A stretch of 64,000 nucleotides of DNA, from NCBI GenBank assembly GCA_944350495.1, contig CALVOZ010000002.1, forward strand, positions 222,193-286,192, in the 5' to 3' direction. This document shows, one piece after another, positions 10,401 through 21,100 of the stretch (position 1 is its first letter; each line of letters starts with the position of its first letter). The position numbers and the translations under genes are program-made. This DNA is from an uncultured Bacilli bacterium (GTDB lineage: Bacteria > Bacillota_I > Bacilli_A > RF39 > UBA660). The notes below the pieces were generated by a model. The model did no database searches. It saw only the letters and a list, made by a program, of their open reading frames with translations, and had not been told where the DNA came from.

Positions 10401-11162
10401 ATGAAATTCATTGTATTAGCAAGTGGTAGTAAAGGAAACTGTACCTATGTTGAAACTAAAACAAAAAAAATTTTGATCGACATAGGTACGACTTCACTAC
10501 ATATTGAAAAAAAATTACATGAAAATGGTATAGATCCTAAATCCATTGATGCAATTTTTATTACTCATACACATGTAGATCATGTGTCAGGACTAAAAGT
10601 ATTTAGTAAGAGATATAAACCACAAATATACATGACAGAGAAAATGGAAAGTGAATTAAAAAATAAAGTAGATAATTTATTATATATAACAGATACAGTT
10701 GTTTTAGGAGATTTAAAGATAACTCCAATTAAAATATCTCACGATGTTGCGGATGCTAACGGATATATATTTGAAGATCAAGAATCTTCTTTGGTATATA
10801 TAACAGATACTGGATATGTTAATGAAAAATATCATAACTTATTACAAAATAGAAATGCTTATATTTTTGAAAGTAATCATGATGTTGAAAGATTAATGAA
10901 TAATCAACGGTATCCACATCAAACAAAAATTAGAATACTAAGTGATAAAGGACATTTATCCAATGAGTCTGCTTCATATTATTTAAGTAAGTTTATTGGT
11001 AATAATACTAAATGTATTGTTTTAGCTCATCTTAGTGAAGAAAATAATTGCCCAGCTTTAGCGTATGATACATTAAAACAAACTTTAAAAGACCAGCAAA
11101 TAGATTTTAATAACATTTTAATAGCGCCACAATGTGGTATAGATGAGGTAATAGAGATATGA
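10401..11162 (+). CDS. MBL-fold metallo-hydrolase (YycJ/WalJ-like)
   Basis: 253 aa with FITHTHVDHVSG (HxHxDH). It is followed by rlmH, as in the Bacillus yycJ region. Confidence 0.85.
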   Translation: MKFIVLASGSKGNCTYVETKTKKILIDIGTTSLHIEKKLHENGIDPKSIDAIFITHTHVDHVSGLKVFSKRYKPQIYMTEKMESELKNKVDNLLYITDTVVLGDLKITPIKISHDVADANGYIFEDQESSLVYITDTGYVNEKYHNLLQNRNAYIFESNHDVERLMNNQRYPHQTKIRILSDKGHLSNESASYYLSKFIGNNTKCIVLAHLSEENNCPALAYDTLKQTLKDQQIDFNNILIAPQCGIDEVIEI

Positions 11163-11605
11163 TAAAGATAATCTGCGTTGGCAAGTTGAAGGAAAAATAT
11201 TGGAAAAGTGCAGTTGATGAATATACAAAGAGAATTAGTAAATATAGTAAAATTGAAATAATTGAATGCAATGATTATAGTAATGGTGACATTTTGACGC
11301 AAGAGAAAAATGAAATCTTAAAACATATTGGTGATAGAGATTATGTTATTACTTTAGAAATTGAAGGAACTCAATTAGATTCTCCGAATTTAGCAAAAAA
11401 GATAGATTTGATTTATTTAAATTATTCAAATATTACTTTTATAATTGGTGGTTCATATGGTATCCATGAAGAAATAAAACAAATAGCTAATTATGCTTTA
11501 TCTTTTTCCAAAATGACATTTCCTCATCAAATGTTTAGAGTAATGTTATTAGAACAAATTTATCGTTCATACAAAATTATTAATAATGAATCATATCATA
11601 AATAG
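11159..11605 (+). CDS. rlmH: 23S rRNA (pseudouridine1915-N3)-methyltransferase
   Basis: 148-aa SPOUT fold with MIKIICVGKLKEKYW and IIGGSYG. Confidence 0.92.
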   Translation: MIKIICVGKLKEKYWKSAVDEYTKRISKYSKIEIIECNDYSNGDILTQEKNEILKHIGDRDYVITLEIEGTQLDSPNLAKKIDLIYLNYSNITFIIGGSYGIHEEIKQIANYALSFSKMTFPHQMFRVMLLEQIYRSYKIINNESYHK

Positions 11606-11607
11606 AG

Positions 11608-11634
11608 AATAAAGTTAAAAACTTTATTTTTTTG
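11608..11634 (+). terminator. Intrinsic terminator after rlmH
   Basis: AATAAAGTT / AACTTTATT stem with a 3-nt loop, then a T-run. Confidence 0.55.
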
Positions 11635-11676
11635 TATAGATTAAAAAAAACTAATCATAATAGATTAGGTGATAAA

Positions 11677-12183
11677 ATGAAAAAGATGTTATTAATAATT
11701 ACAATTATATTAGTTTATGTAGGATTTGGTTATGTTGCTGAAAAGAAAAATATTATTCCTAAAGAAGCAATTAGAATAAGAATATTAGCTAATAGTAATT
11801 CTAATTATGATCAAAAACAAAAAATTATAGTTAAAGAAGAGCTAGAAAAATATTTGTATGATTTAATGAGTAATGCTGAAAATATTGAACAAGCAGATAT
11901 TGCTATTAGAAATAATATGAATAGTTTAAAAAATTTAGTATCATCTATTTTTGATGGTGAATTTAAAATAAATTATGGAATGAATTATTTCCCGTCTAAA
12001 GAGTATAAAGGTATTACCTACGATGAAGGTTATTATAAATCATTAGTTGTTAGTTTAGGTAACGGATTAGGAGATAATTGGTGGTGTATATTATTTCCTC
12101 CTCTTTGCATGCTTGATGGAACAGAATTAGATGAGATTGAATATCGTTCAATAGTTAAAGATATTGTTGATAAGTATTTTTGA
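11677..12183 (+). CDS. spoIIR: Stage II sporulation protein R
   Basis: Signal/TM N-terminus, IRIRILANSNSNYDQKQK and GDNWWCILFPPLC motifs. The ATG at 11677 after AGGTGA is preferred to the track start at 11632. Confidence 0.85.
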   Translation: MKKMLLIITIILVYVGFGYVAEKKNIIPKEAIRIRILANSNSNYDQKQKIIVKEELEKYLYDLMSNAENIEQADIAIRNNMNSLKNLVSSIFDGEFKINYGMNYFPSKEYKGITYDEGYYKSLVVSLGNGLGDNWWCILFPPLCMLDGTELDEIEYRSIVKDIVDKYF

Positions 12184-12279
12184 TAATGTAAATCTAGTTG
12201 ACATTGTTTAATCCTTAAAATGCTGAATTACTTGCCTTTTTAAAATAATATATACTATAATTGAGATAGGTGATAATAT

Positions 12280-13140
12280 ATGTTGGAAAATATGAAAAAT
12301 ATGTTAAATAAGGCTAAAGATGGTAAATATGCTGTAGCGCAATTTAACATTAATAATTTAGAGTGGACTAGATTTATTTTAGAAGAATGTCAAGCAAATC
12401 AAAGCCCAGTAATCTTAGGAGTTAGCGAAGGAGCAGCAAAGTATATGGGAGGATATAAGACTGTATTTGCGATGGCAACTAATTTAATGAAATATCTTAA
12501 CATAACTGTTCCAGTTGCTATTCACTTAGATCATGGTAGCAGTTATGAAGCATGTGTTGAAGCAATTGATGCTGGTTTTACTTCAGTAATGATTGATGCT
12601 TCTAAATACGATTTAGCAACGAATATTGAAATAACTAAGAAAGTTGTTGATTATGCTCATTCAAGAAATGTTACAGTGGAAGGAGAGATAGGACATATTG
12701 GAGGCAATGAAGACGGCGTAACAGGTGGAATTTTATATGCAGAGGTTCATGATTGTGTAGAATATTGTAAAGCAACAGGAATAGACTTTTTAGCGCCTGC
12801 TCTAGGTAGTGTTCATGGTCCATATAAAGGAGATCCAGTTTTAGCATTTGATAGAATGGAAGAAATAAAAAATGTAACAGGACTTCCTTTAGTACTTCAT
12901 GGTGGTACAGGAATATATGATGAGCAAATTAGAAAAGCAATTGAATGTGGTATCTGTAAATTAAATATTAATACAGAATTGCAACAAGCATGGACAGCTG
13001 GCGTAAGAGAGAAACTTAAAAATGATGCTGAGGTATATGATCCTAGAAAGGTTATTAAAGCGGGGGAGGAAAATATTAAAGCTGCTATTAAAGCCAAAGT
13101 TGAATTATTAAGGTCAGTAAATGTTGCATCTAATAATTAA
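12280..13140 (+). CDS. fba: Class II fructose-bisphosphate aldolase
   Basis: 286 aa with YAVAQFNINNLEW, HLDHG and GSVHG motifs. Confidence 0.95.
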   Translation: MLENMKNMLNKAKDGKYAVAQFNINNLEWTRFILEECQANQSPVILGVSEGAAKYMGGYKTVFAMATNLMKYLNITVPVAIHLDHGSSYEACVEAIDAGFTSVMIDASKYDLATNIEITKKVVDYAHSRNVTVEGEIGHIGGNEDGVTGGILYAEVHDCVEYCKATGIDFLAPALGSVHGPYKGDPVLAFDRMEEIKNVTGLPLVLHGGTGIYDEQIRKAIECGICKLNINTELQQAWTAGVREKLKNDAEVYDPRKVIKAGEENIKAAIKAKVELLRSVNVASNN

Positions 13141-13181
13141 CACATCTAGGTATTCAACATATAGTAGTATTGGAGGTAAAT

Positions 13182-14435
13182 ATGAAGAGGATTAAAATAG
13201 AAGGTGGTCATAAACTTACTGGTAGTATTAAAATAAGTGGCGCTAAGAATAGTGCTGTAGCGCTTATTCCTGCCTCAATATTATCTGATGGCGAAGTTAC
13301 TATCGATAATATTCCAAATATATCAGATATAGACTCTTTAAATGAAATATTAGAGTATTTAGGAGCTAAAGTAGCAAAAGATGGATTGGTAATGAAGATA
13401 GACTCTTCTAGTATTGTTAATAAAGAGATACCAGAAGATATTTCAAAAAAATTACGTGCTTCATATTATTTTATGTCATCATTACTTGGAAAATATAAAA
13501 AGGTAGAGATGTATTTTCCAGGTGGATGTTCAATTGGCGCAAGACCAATTGATCAAACTTTAAAAGGATATCGTGCGTTAGGTGCGACGGTCATTGAAGA
13601 AGGAAATAAATATACTGTGTTTGCAGATGAATTAAAAGGTGCGGAAGTCTATTTGGATATGCCAAGTGTAGGTGCGACAGTAAATACAATTTTAGTTGCT
13701 GTTAGAGCTAAAGGTGTTACCACAATTGAAAATGCTGCTAAAGAACCAGAAATAGTAAATGTAGCAACATTCTTAAACAATATGGGTGCTAAAATAGTTG
13801 GAGCAGGAACAAGTACAATTAAAATAACTGGTGTTGACCATTTAGGTGGATGTTATACGGAGGTTATTCCAGATAGAATTGAAACAGGAACTTATATTAT
13901 AGCAGGGGCTCTATGTGGTGATAAATTAAGAGTAGAAAACATTATTCCTGAACATGTTGACGCATTAATTAATAAATTAAAAGAGATGGGTGTTTCCATA
14001 AAAGAAGAAAGTGATGCAGTGGAAATAACTGCCACTGATAATATTAAAAGGGTAAATATAAAAACATTGGGATATCCTGGATTTCCAACCGATTTACAAC
14101 AACCAATTACACCATTATTAACACAATGTAATGGTAAATCAATATTAGAGGAAACAATTTATGAAAATAGATTCCAAAATGTGCCATATTTAAATGATAT
14201 GGGCGCTAATATTGAAATTGATCAAAGAAAAATATATATTAATGGACCTACAAAATTAGTTGGAAAAGAAGTAACTGCAACCGATTTAAGAGCTGGTGCA
14301 TGTCTTGTTCTTGCAGGTTTAAAGGCAGATGGTATTACAACTATTGATAATGTTGAACATATTTTGAGAGGATATGAAAATATTATTGGTAAATTAAGTA
14401 ATGTAGGTGCTAAAATCGAATTAGATGAAATATAA
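13182..14435 (+). CDS. murA: UDP-N-acetylglucosamine 1-carboxyvinyltransferase
   Basis: KISGAKNSAVALIPA and the catalytic-loop context GGCSIGARPID. The ATG lies 6 nt after GGAGG. The track start at 13170 sits inside the RBS. Confidence 0.95.
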   Translation: MKRIKIEGGHKLTGSIKISGAKNSAVALIPASILSDGEVTIDNIPNISDIDSLNEILEYLGAKVAKDGLVMKIDSSSIVNKEIPEDISKKLRASYYFMSSLLGKYKKVEMYFPGGCSIGARPIDQTLKGYRALGATVIEEGNKYTVFADELKGAEVYLDMPSVGATVNTILVAVRAKGVTTIENAAKEPEIVNVATFLNNMGAKIVGAGTSTIKITGVDHLGGCYTEVIPDRIETGTYIIAGALCGDKLRVENIIPEHVDALINKLKEMGVSIKEESDAVEITATDNIKRVNIKTLGYPGFPTDLQQPITPLLTQCNGKSILEETIYENRFQNVPYLNDMGANIEIDQRKIYINGPTKLVGKEVTATDLRAGACLVLAGLKADGITTIDNVEHILRGYENIIGKLSNVGAKIELDEI

Positions 14436-14436
14436 T

Positions 14437-14460
14437 AAAGTAGCTTAGGCTACTTTTTTT
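14437..14460 (+). terminator. Intrinsic terminator after murA
   Basis: AAAGTAGC / GCTACTTT stem, loop TTAG, then a T-run. Confidence 0.7.
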
Positions 14461-14469
14461 GGTGATAAA

Positions 14470-14907
14470 ATGAAAAAATTATTTTGTATATTATGTATTT
14501 TTATTGCGATAATTATGATTTATGTCACAAGTTACCATAAATCCACTTTAAAATTTGCAATTGGGTTGAATACTTTTGATGTTAATTATAATCCTGATAA
14601 TTATCGTATTACGGATATAATAATGGATATAGATAATAATATAACTATTGGTAAGTATAATATTCAAAATTTATTAGTAAGTTCTAGTGAAATTATAATT
14701 AATTTAAATAAATATTTAAATTGTAATGATTATTATAGCATTATAGAAAACATTAAAGATTTAGAGACATTAATATTAACAATTAGAAAGTATAGTAAAG
14801 AACAAATAATATTTAAACTTTTAAATGAAGATAATATTCTTACTGAATATGCTAATAAAAAAATTATTATACTGGCTAAAAAGTATGATATAATGGTTTT
14901 GAGGTGA
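14470..14907 (+). CDS. Hypothetical membrane-anchored protein
   Basis: 145 aa with one N-terminal TM (LFCILCIFIAIIMIYV) and RBS GGTGAT. I recognise no family. Confidence 0.5.
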   Translation: MKKLFCILCIFIAIIMIYVTSYHKSTLKFAIGLNTFDVNYNPDNYRITDIIMDIDNNITIGKYNIQNLLVSSSEIIINLNKYLNCNDYYSIIENIKDLETLILTIRKYSKEQIIFKLLNEDNILTEYANKKIIILAKKYDIMVLR

Positions 14908-14910
14908 ATT

Positions 14911-15552
14911 ATGAATAAAGTATTATCAAAAGTATTCTTGTGGTTGTTTGTTGGGTTAGCTTTAACTTTTGGAGTTGGCTATTATGTATCAACAAATGAA
15001 ACAATGCTATACAATATATTTAGTGATGGAAAATTTTTAATATTTGCTATTGTAGAAATTGTTTTAGCAATTATTTTAGCTGCTAGAATTCATAAACTAT
15101 CGACTATGAGTGCGACAATTATATATTTATTATATACAGGATTTTCAGGATTAACATTTTCATCAATCTTTGTTGTATATGAAATAACATCTATAATCTT
15201 TGTATTTGGAATCACAGCAGTTGTATGCTTATTATTTGGTTTAATTGGTTATTTTACAAAGATTGATTTATCTAAATTTGGAACATTTTTATTTATGGCT
15301 GTATTTGGTCTTATTTTAGCTTATGTTGCTAATATTTTCATTGGAAGTGCAGAATTTGATTTTGTTTTAACTGCTATTGGCATTGTTATCTTTTTAGCAT
15401 ATACTGCATATGATATTCAAGCTATTAAAAGAAATTTATATGGTGTTGAAGATGAAGATAATCAAGCAATTATTGGAGCATTAAATCTATATATTGACTT
15501 TATAAATGTCTTTATATACTTATTAAAATTATTTGGAAACTCAAAAGATTAG
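14911..15552 (+). CDS. Bax inhibitor-1/YccA family membrane protein
   Basis: 213 aa with 7 predicted TM segments and a typical C-terminus (ALNLYIDFINVFIYLLKLFG). Confidence 0.85.
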   Translation: MNKVLSKVFLWLFVGLALTFGVGYYVSTNETMLYNIFSDGKFLIFAIVEIVLAIILAARIHKLSTMSATIIYLLYTGFSGLTFSSIFVVYEITSIIFVFGITAVVCLLFGLIGYFTKIDLSKFGTFLFMAVFGLILAYVANIFIGSAEFDFVLTAIGIVIFLAYTAYDIQAIKRNLYGVEDEDNQAIIGALNLYIDFINVFIYLLKLFGNSKD

Positions 15553-15568
15553 TAAAACTAATCTTTTT
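15544..15568 (+). terminator. Intrinsic terminator after the BI-1 gene
   Basis: AAAGATTAG / CTAATCTTT stem, loop TAAAA, then Ts. Confidence 0.6.
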
Positions 15569-15571
15569 AGT

Positions 15572-15600
15572 TGCAATTATTTTAAATATTTGTTACAATA
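15572..15600 (+). promoter_or_regulatory. Sigma-A type promoter of rpmE
   Basis: TTGCAA, a 17-nt spacer, then TACAAT. Confidence 0.6.
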
Positions 15601-15654
15601 TGGTGGTATCAAATTACTATGACTAAATTTGTCATGGCGGAAGGAGAGAAAAGA

Positions 15655-15879
15655 ATGAAGAAGAATATTCATCCAAATTATATGGAAACTGAAGTAACTT
15701 GTGCTTGTGGAAATACATTTACAGTTATGTCAAATAAACCAAGTTTACATATTGAAGCATGCGATAAATGTCATCCATTCTACAATGGTACAAAAGACAA
15801 TGCTGGATCTTCAAAAACTGGACGTGTTGAAAAATTCAATCGTAAATATGGATTAAATTCAGAAAAAAAAGATGCTTAG
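15655..15879 (+). CDS. rpmE: 50S ribosomal protein L31 (Zn-binding form)
   Basis: MKKNIHPNYMETEVTCACGNTF...CDKCHPFY. RBS GGAAGGAGAG. The track start at 15619 is rejected. Confidence 0.93.
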   Translation: MKKNIHPNYMETEVTCACGNTFTVMSNKPSLHIEACDKCHPFYNGTKDNAGSSKTGRVEKFNRKYGLNSEKKDA

Positions 15880-15892
15880 TAGCATCTTTTTT
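15871..15892 (+). terminator. Intrinsic terminator after rpmE
   Basis: GATGCT / AGCATC stem followed by TTTTTT. It overlaps the stop codon. Confidence 0.7.
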
Positions 15893-15935
15893 GTATAAAT
15901 AAATAAATAATATAAATAATAATAGTGGTGATTAT

Positions 15936-16637
15936 ATGAATACAGCCCACTTTTTTCCAGTTCTATATCGTAGTCTAATATCATTATTAACGCTATTTTT
16001 AGTAGCTAAGTTAGTTGGAAAAAAACAGATATCTGAACTTAGTTTATTTGATTATGTAATTGGTATATCAATTGGTAACTTTGCTGCTGAGATGACTATT
16101 AATTTGGAATCTCCAGAATTTGACGGAATATTGGCAGTAATTATCTTTGGATTCATTGCTTATACGGTCTCTTTGTTGTGTATGAAAAGTATTTGGTTAC
16201 GAAAGGTAATAATGGGAACACCTACAATTATAATAAATGAAGGTAAGATAATTAAAAAAAATATGAAAAAAGTTCGACTTGACATAAATGATTTACTAGA
16301 AGAAGCTAGAATTAAGGGATATTTTGATTTATCAGAAATACAATATGGAATTATGGAAGCTAATGGAGAAATGAGTTTTTTACCATTTTCTAAATATCAG
16401 CCTTTAACAAAAGAAGATATGAACAAAAGTGTGCAAAAAAAAGCATTGGCAATCTCTTTAATAATCGATGGCAAAATAATAAAAGATAACTTAAAAAAAA
16501 TAAATAAAAATATAGATTGGTTATTAAAGGATATTAGTAGTAAAAATTATTCACTTAATGATATAATGCTTTGTACATATGATAAAAAATTAACGTATTA
16601 TTTAGATGATAATTCATTTGACTATCATAATAATTAG
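15936..16637 (+). CDS. DUF421 (YetF-like) membrane protein
   Basis: GKKQISELSLFDYVIGISIGNFAA N-terminal membrane domain plus a soluble C-terminal domain. Confidence 0.8.
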   Translation: MNTAHFFPVLYRSLISLLTLFLVAKLVGKKQISELSLFDYVIGISIGNFAAEMTINLESPEFDGILAVIIFGFIAYTVSLLCMKSIWLRKVIMGTPTIIINEGKIIKKNMKKVRLDINDLLEEARIKGYFDLSEIQYGIMEANGEMSFLPFSKYQPLTKEDMNKSVQKKALAISLIIDGKIIKDNLKKINKNIDWLLKDISSKNYSLNDIMLCTYDKKLTYYLDDNSFDYHNN

Positions 16638-16690
16638 AATAGACAATTATACAAAAGTTTGCTATAATTTCACTAGAGTGGTGATAGTAA

Positions 16691-17341
16691 ATGAACGATT
16701 ATTTTTCAATAATATTAACAATGATGACTATTTTTATTCCTGTATTTGCAACTATTTATACAGGGCATATAAGAATTAAAAATGAAAATAAAGAAGGCCA
16801 TAAGCCTTATCTTGTTTTAGGAGCAATAGAAAAAATTGCAACAGTTAATCGTTTTGCTTATTTTTTAGCTATTTTAGGTGATAAGATAAAAAAAATATCA
16901 GCTGATGAAGTAGATGAATTAAGTAAACAACAGTCTAACGTTAATATATCTTTAGCACTTAAAAATATTGGATATGGTGTTGCAAGTAATATTAAATTTT
17001 ATGACTTAGAGGTGGCTAGACAAATTATTGGCTTACAAGATTATTCAACGACAATGAATCAAAAAAGATTTACCACTTTTGATATTCCAAAAGATTGTGA
17101 AAAAAAAGTTCAAACATGTTTAATTAGTGATAAGGACTTTATAAGTGAAGATAGTTATATTATTCTATGTGTATATCAAGATTTAAATCAAAATATTTAT
17201 GATTTTATTATTGGTATAGATGTTAAAGAAGGCGGAGCATATGATTTTTATGCATTTCAAAGAAGCAGCCACAGTTATAACAAATTTGTCAAAAACTATA
17301 AAAAGAATTATAAAATGATTTTAAATGAATATAAAAAATAG
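16691..17341 (+). CDS. Hypothetical protein with an N-terminal TM anchor
   Basis: 216 aa with RBS GGTGAT and TM IILTMMTIFIPVFATIY. The LALKNIGYGVASNIKF segment hints at a beta-sandwich domain. No family is recognised. Confidence 0.5.
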   Translation: MNDYFSIILTMMTIFIPVFATIYTGHIRIKNENKEGHKPYLVLGAIEKIATVNRFAYFLAILGDKIKKISADEVDELSKQQSNVNISLALKNIGYGVASNIKFYDLEVARQIIGLQDYSTTMNQKRFTTFDIPKDCEKKVQTCLISDKDFISEDSYIILCVYQDLNQNIYDFIIGIDVKEGGAYDFYAFQRSSHSYNKFVKNYKKNYKMILNEYKK

Positions 17342-17367
17342 TAATCATTAATTACTATTTTTTTTTA
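17333..17367. terminator. Bidirectional terminator between convergent genes
   Basis: AATAGTAAT / ATTACTATT stem flanked by an A-run and a T-run. It overlaps both stop codons. Confidence 0.6.
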
Positions 17368-18007
17368 ATTTTTTTAATTTTTTTTTAAGTCTTTTAATAA
17401 TAATTTTTCTTCCTTTTTTACTATATATAAATATTATAAGTAAAATAATTATAAAAATTATGACTAAATATTGATTATACTCTTTATTATGTACTTCATT
17501 GTTTGGTGTTTTTATTTGATTATCTTCAACTGAAGTAGAATTTAATGACCAGATTCCAATTTTCTTTTTTTTAACTTTATCTTGAATTTTTTCTAACTGT
17601 GATGTGTATTTATAATCATTATATAGATAGGCTACTTCGGCATATCCCACTTCAATTAATTCTTCTTGCAACAACTTACCATCGGTAAATATCCAAACTA
17701 AGTATCGACCATATTTGTCAGTTTTATCACTGTTATCATCGAATTCTAAAATAATTTCTTTGGCTTGTTTTAATTTATTGCATGTAAAATCACTAGCTTC
17801 TTTTCCATATTCTTCTTCCTTAATGGTAGGATGTACAGATTCTGGAGTATCAATTGCTAAAAAACGTGCAGTTATTTCTTCATTATTATAAATAAACCTT
17901 GCAGTGTCACCGTCAACACATTTACTAAACTTTACTTTAATGCTTTCGGCTGAAACATAATTAATATTTAAAAAAAATAAAAAAAGAATTAAAAGCATTT
18001 TTTTCAT
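17348..18007 (-). CDS. Secreted/membrane-anchored thermonuclease (SNase family)
   Basis: Signal peptide MKKMLLILFLFFLNINYVSA, CVDGDTARF...ARFLAIDTPE and GRYLVWIF motifs, a C-terminal TM (YLVIIFIIILLIIFIY) and a lysine-rich tail. Confidence 0.88.
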   Translation of the reverse strand: MKKMLLILFLFFLNINYVSAESIKVKFSKCVDGDTARFIYNNEEITARFLAIDTPESVHPTIKEEEYGKEASDFTCNKLKQAKEIILEFDDNSDKTDKYGRYLVWIFTDGKLLQEELIEVGYAEVAYLYNDYKYTSQLEKIQDKVKKKKIGIWSLNSTSVEDNQIKTPNNEVHNKEYNQYLVIIFIIILLIIFIYSKKGRKIIIKRLKKKLKKLKKNSN

Positions 18008-18087
18008 ATTACCACCTGTTATTATAATTATAAAATATTTTAGTTTTAAATAAAATATATTTTTATAAAATAAAAATGAACTTTACG

Positions 18088-18098
18088 TGTGATATAAT
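18088..18098 (+). promoter_or_regulatory. Extended -10 promoter of the 1396-aa ORF
   Basis: TGTGATATAAT lies about 25 nt upstream of the RBS AGGTGAT. Confidence 0.45.
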
Positions 18099-18121
18099 GA
18101 ATGCATAATAGGTGATAAAAT

Positions 18122-21100
18122 ATGAATTTAACAGTAGAAATAATAAATGGAATTAAAGATCTTATTAATGCAAATGATTCACTAGATGATGAAAGCAAAA
18201 AATTTTATTTGGGACAGCTTGATAGTGGAGATAATACAAATGTTTTGAATTCTGTGGAAAGATTTATAATATCTATTTCTAATTCTCCGGTGATAAAAAA
18301 AATATGGTCTAATCATAATATTATTGATATTATATTTATATGTGTTCATGATAAAGAAGACGAATATAGTGTGAAAAAGAGTTTAGTGTTTCAAAATTTA
18401 GGTTCACAAATTGATTTAAATGAATTCTTTTCTAATGATTATGTAATTGAAAAAATAAGGAAAGAAGGAATAACTGACTTCAATAAAATATTTAATGGAT
18501 TTTTAGATTTCTTTCCAGAACCTTTAAAAAGTGAATTTGTTGAACAACACATAAATGAAGCTGGAAAGTCGTTACGCGAATTAAGTAGATTACCGGAATC
18601 ATATTTTAAAAGAGAACTTAGCAAGCAAGAAACTTTTAATGCCATTTTTGAAGAGTTAAAAAAAGATGTTTACTGTTTTGAAATCAATGAAACAAATGAA
18701 AGAATAATTTGGAATACTTATAAAGAGAAAATAAGTGAAATGTCACTTAGTTATAAACTTCGCTTCTTTCAAAAAGTAGAAAATAAAGAATTAAAGCAAG
18801 AAATATTTTCATATTTATCGTTAAATAATGAAATAGAAAATGTCGATGACTATACAGCTAGAATATTAGTTAAATACATCTCTCAAGAAGATATATATAA
18901 TTTATTTTTAAAGTGTACTAAAGAGTCAGAATATGACAAATATTTAGGTAGTATGGATTCTGAACATCAACTAAAAGCTTTAAAATTTTTGATTAGTAAG
19001 AAAATTAATGTATTTAAACCTGTTGTTTTTAGTGCGCTAAATACAAATGTTAAAGAAAGACTGATTGAACTAAATCCTGGTTTTGCTAGTATTGAACAAC
19101 TTTATGAATTATATAAAGACACAAAAGATGTTAAATTTATGCAACAAATTAAAGAAAAGTTAATGGAAGAAGATCAAATTTTGGTATCACAAGTTTTATT
19201 TGAAGATGATTTTATTCGCTTTTGCTCTCCTCAAGAATTAGATGTATTTATAAGTAAAATTAATGGGCTTAAATTTTTGAATTTTCCAGAAGATAATTTA
19301 ATTAATTATAATGATGCTTTTTTAAAAAAGTATATTGAACAAATAGTTAACTTTTGTCAAAATAATCCCAATGAATTAATTATTGTTCATTTTGATAAAT
19401 ATAAAAAATATTTTACAGATGCCCAACAGGATATAATAATTAATAATATTAAATTGGATAATTGGTTAAGCGAAGTTTTAAATAATTCGGAAATTTTTAA
19501 CTTTTTTGTTTCATTGTTAAAGAAAAAGCCAGAAATTCTTAATAAATTTGATTTAAAGGGTATATCTTTATCTATATCTATTAAAGATGAGTTAGTTAAT
19601 CGTATAGATGAATTATTAATTTATTTTAGTGAAGATAATTTGGAGCTTTTTTATTCAGATGAAGTATTAGCAGCAAATGAGAAATTAAGAAATAAATTTT
19701 TAGAAAGTGCTAAAAATAATCCAAATTTAATTAATAGTAAACAAAAGTTTAGATTGTTTAGTATTGAAGAACGTAGAAAGTTAATTATGACTTTACCAGT
19801 AAAAATAATTTTAAGTCTTTTAAATGATAATAATCCAGAATTTGATTATATCGCTATTGTAAGTAAGAGACTCAAAGATATTATTGATTACTTTAATGAT
19901 CAAAATTTATATCACATTAACAATTTGATAAGTGACGTATATATTCGGTTAACAAGTGAAGAACAAGAATATTTTGTTAATCATTTAACAAATTTAAATG
20001 TATTAGATGCCTTATTTAAATTTTTATCACATGAAGAAAAGCAAGTGGAAAAGGAATTTGTTTTATCTCGCATCATTAGTACAAATCGTGCTAATATGAT
20101 GAAATATATTTATAATAAATCACAAGATTATTTTAGAACTAATAGTAATAGGCTTGATATTAAAGAATATAGGAATGAAGATTTGCAAATGTTAATTGAT
20201 AAGGCTGATATTACAATGCTTATGTATATATTAACTTATTATAATAGTGATGCCATTATAAAAAGAATAGTAGAACTTACCCGTGAGAATTATAAAAATT
20301 TATTAAATCCTGAAATACTATCAATTTTGACAAATTCGTTAGCAAAATTCCCTGATCAATTAAAAAGAGAAATGGAACAACGATATGAGCAAATAGTTAA
20401 TGAAAATGAATTATATTTAAGTGTTGTAAAGCCTAAGGCTAAAAATTTATCTCTACTTGAAAATTTAAAGTTTATGTACTTGTTTGAAAACAATCAATTA
20501 ATAGGCTTTAAATTAGAAATGTTTAAAAAATTATTAAATAAAAATCCATTTGTTTTAACAACGTTAAATCCTATTTTGTTTGAAGATAATATTGCTTTAA
20601 TGGATGAACATTTTATAGATAAAACATCTAAGTATGAAATTTTACAATTACAGTTAGAAATGATAGTGAAATCTAATACAGGATTATCATCATTTTTAAA
20701 AAAAGCTTCTGATTATTTATTGAAAAATGAACACTATGAAGCCGTATATGATAAAAAAATATCTATGTTAATTACCTATTTAGCTAATGATAAAAGTAAA
20801 CTAAAAGATTATGACTTTACTCAATTAGATAATTTAGAAGATTTAATTAATTATATTTTACATGATTATACAAATACTGAGTCTGTCTATATTTATGGTA
20901 AACCTGATGAATACTTTGATTACAAGCGAATCGAGGAAACAAATAATTTTGCAATATACGATTTTACTAATCAAAGAATTAGTAAATGTGACGAATTATT
21001 CTATGCTTCAAAAGATTTAAATGAAATGAAGAATATGTACTTTAATAAATTTTTATCAATATCTTTATATGATGCTGTTAAGTTTAAAAAAAAGTATATG

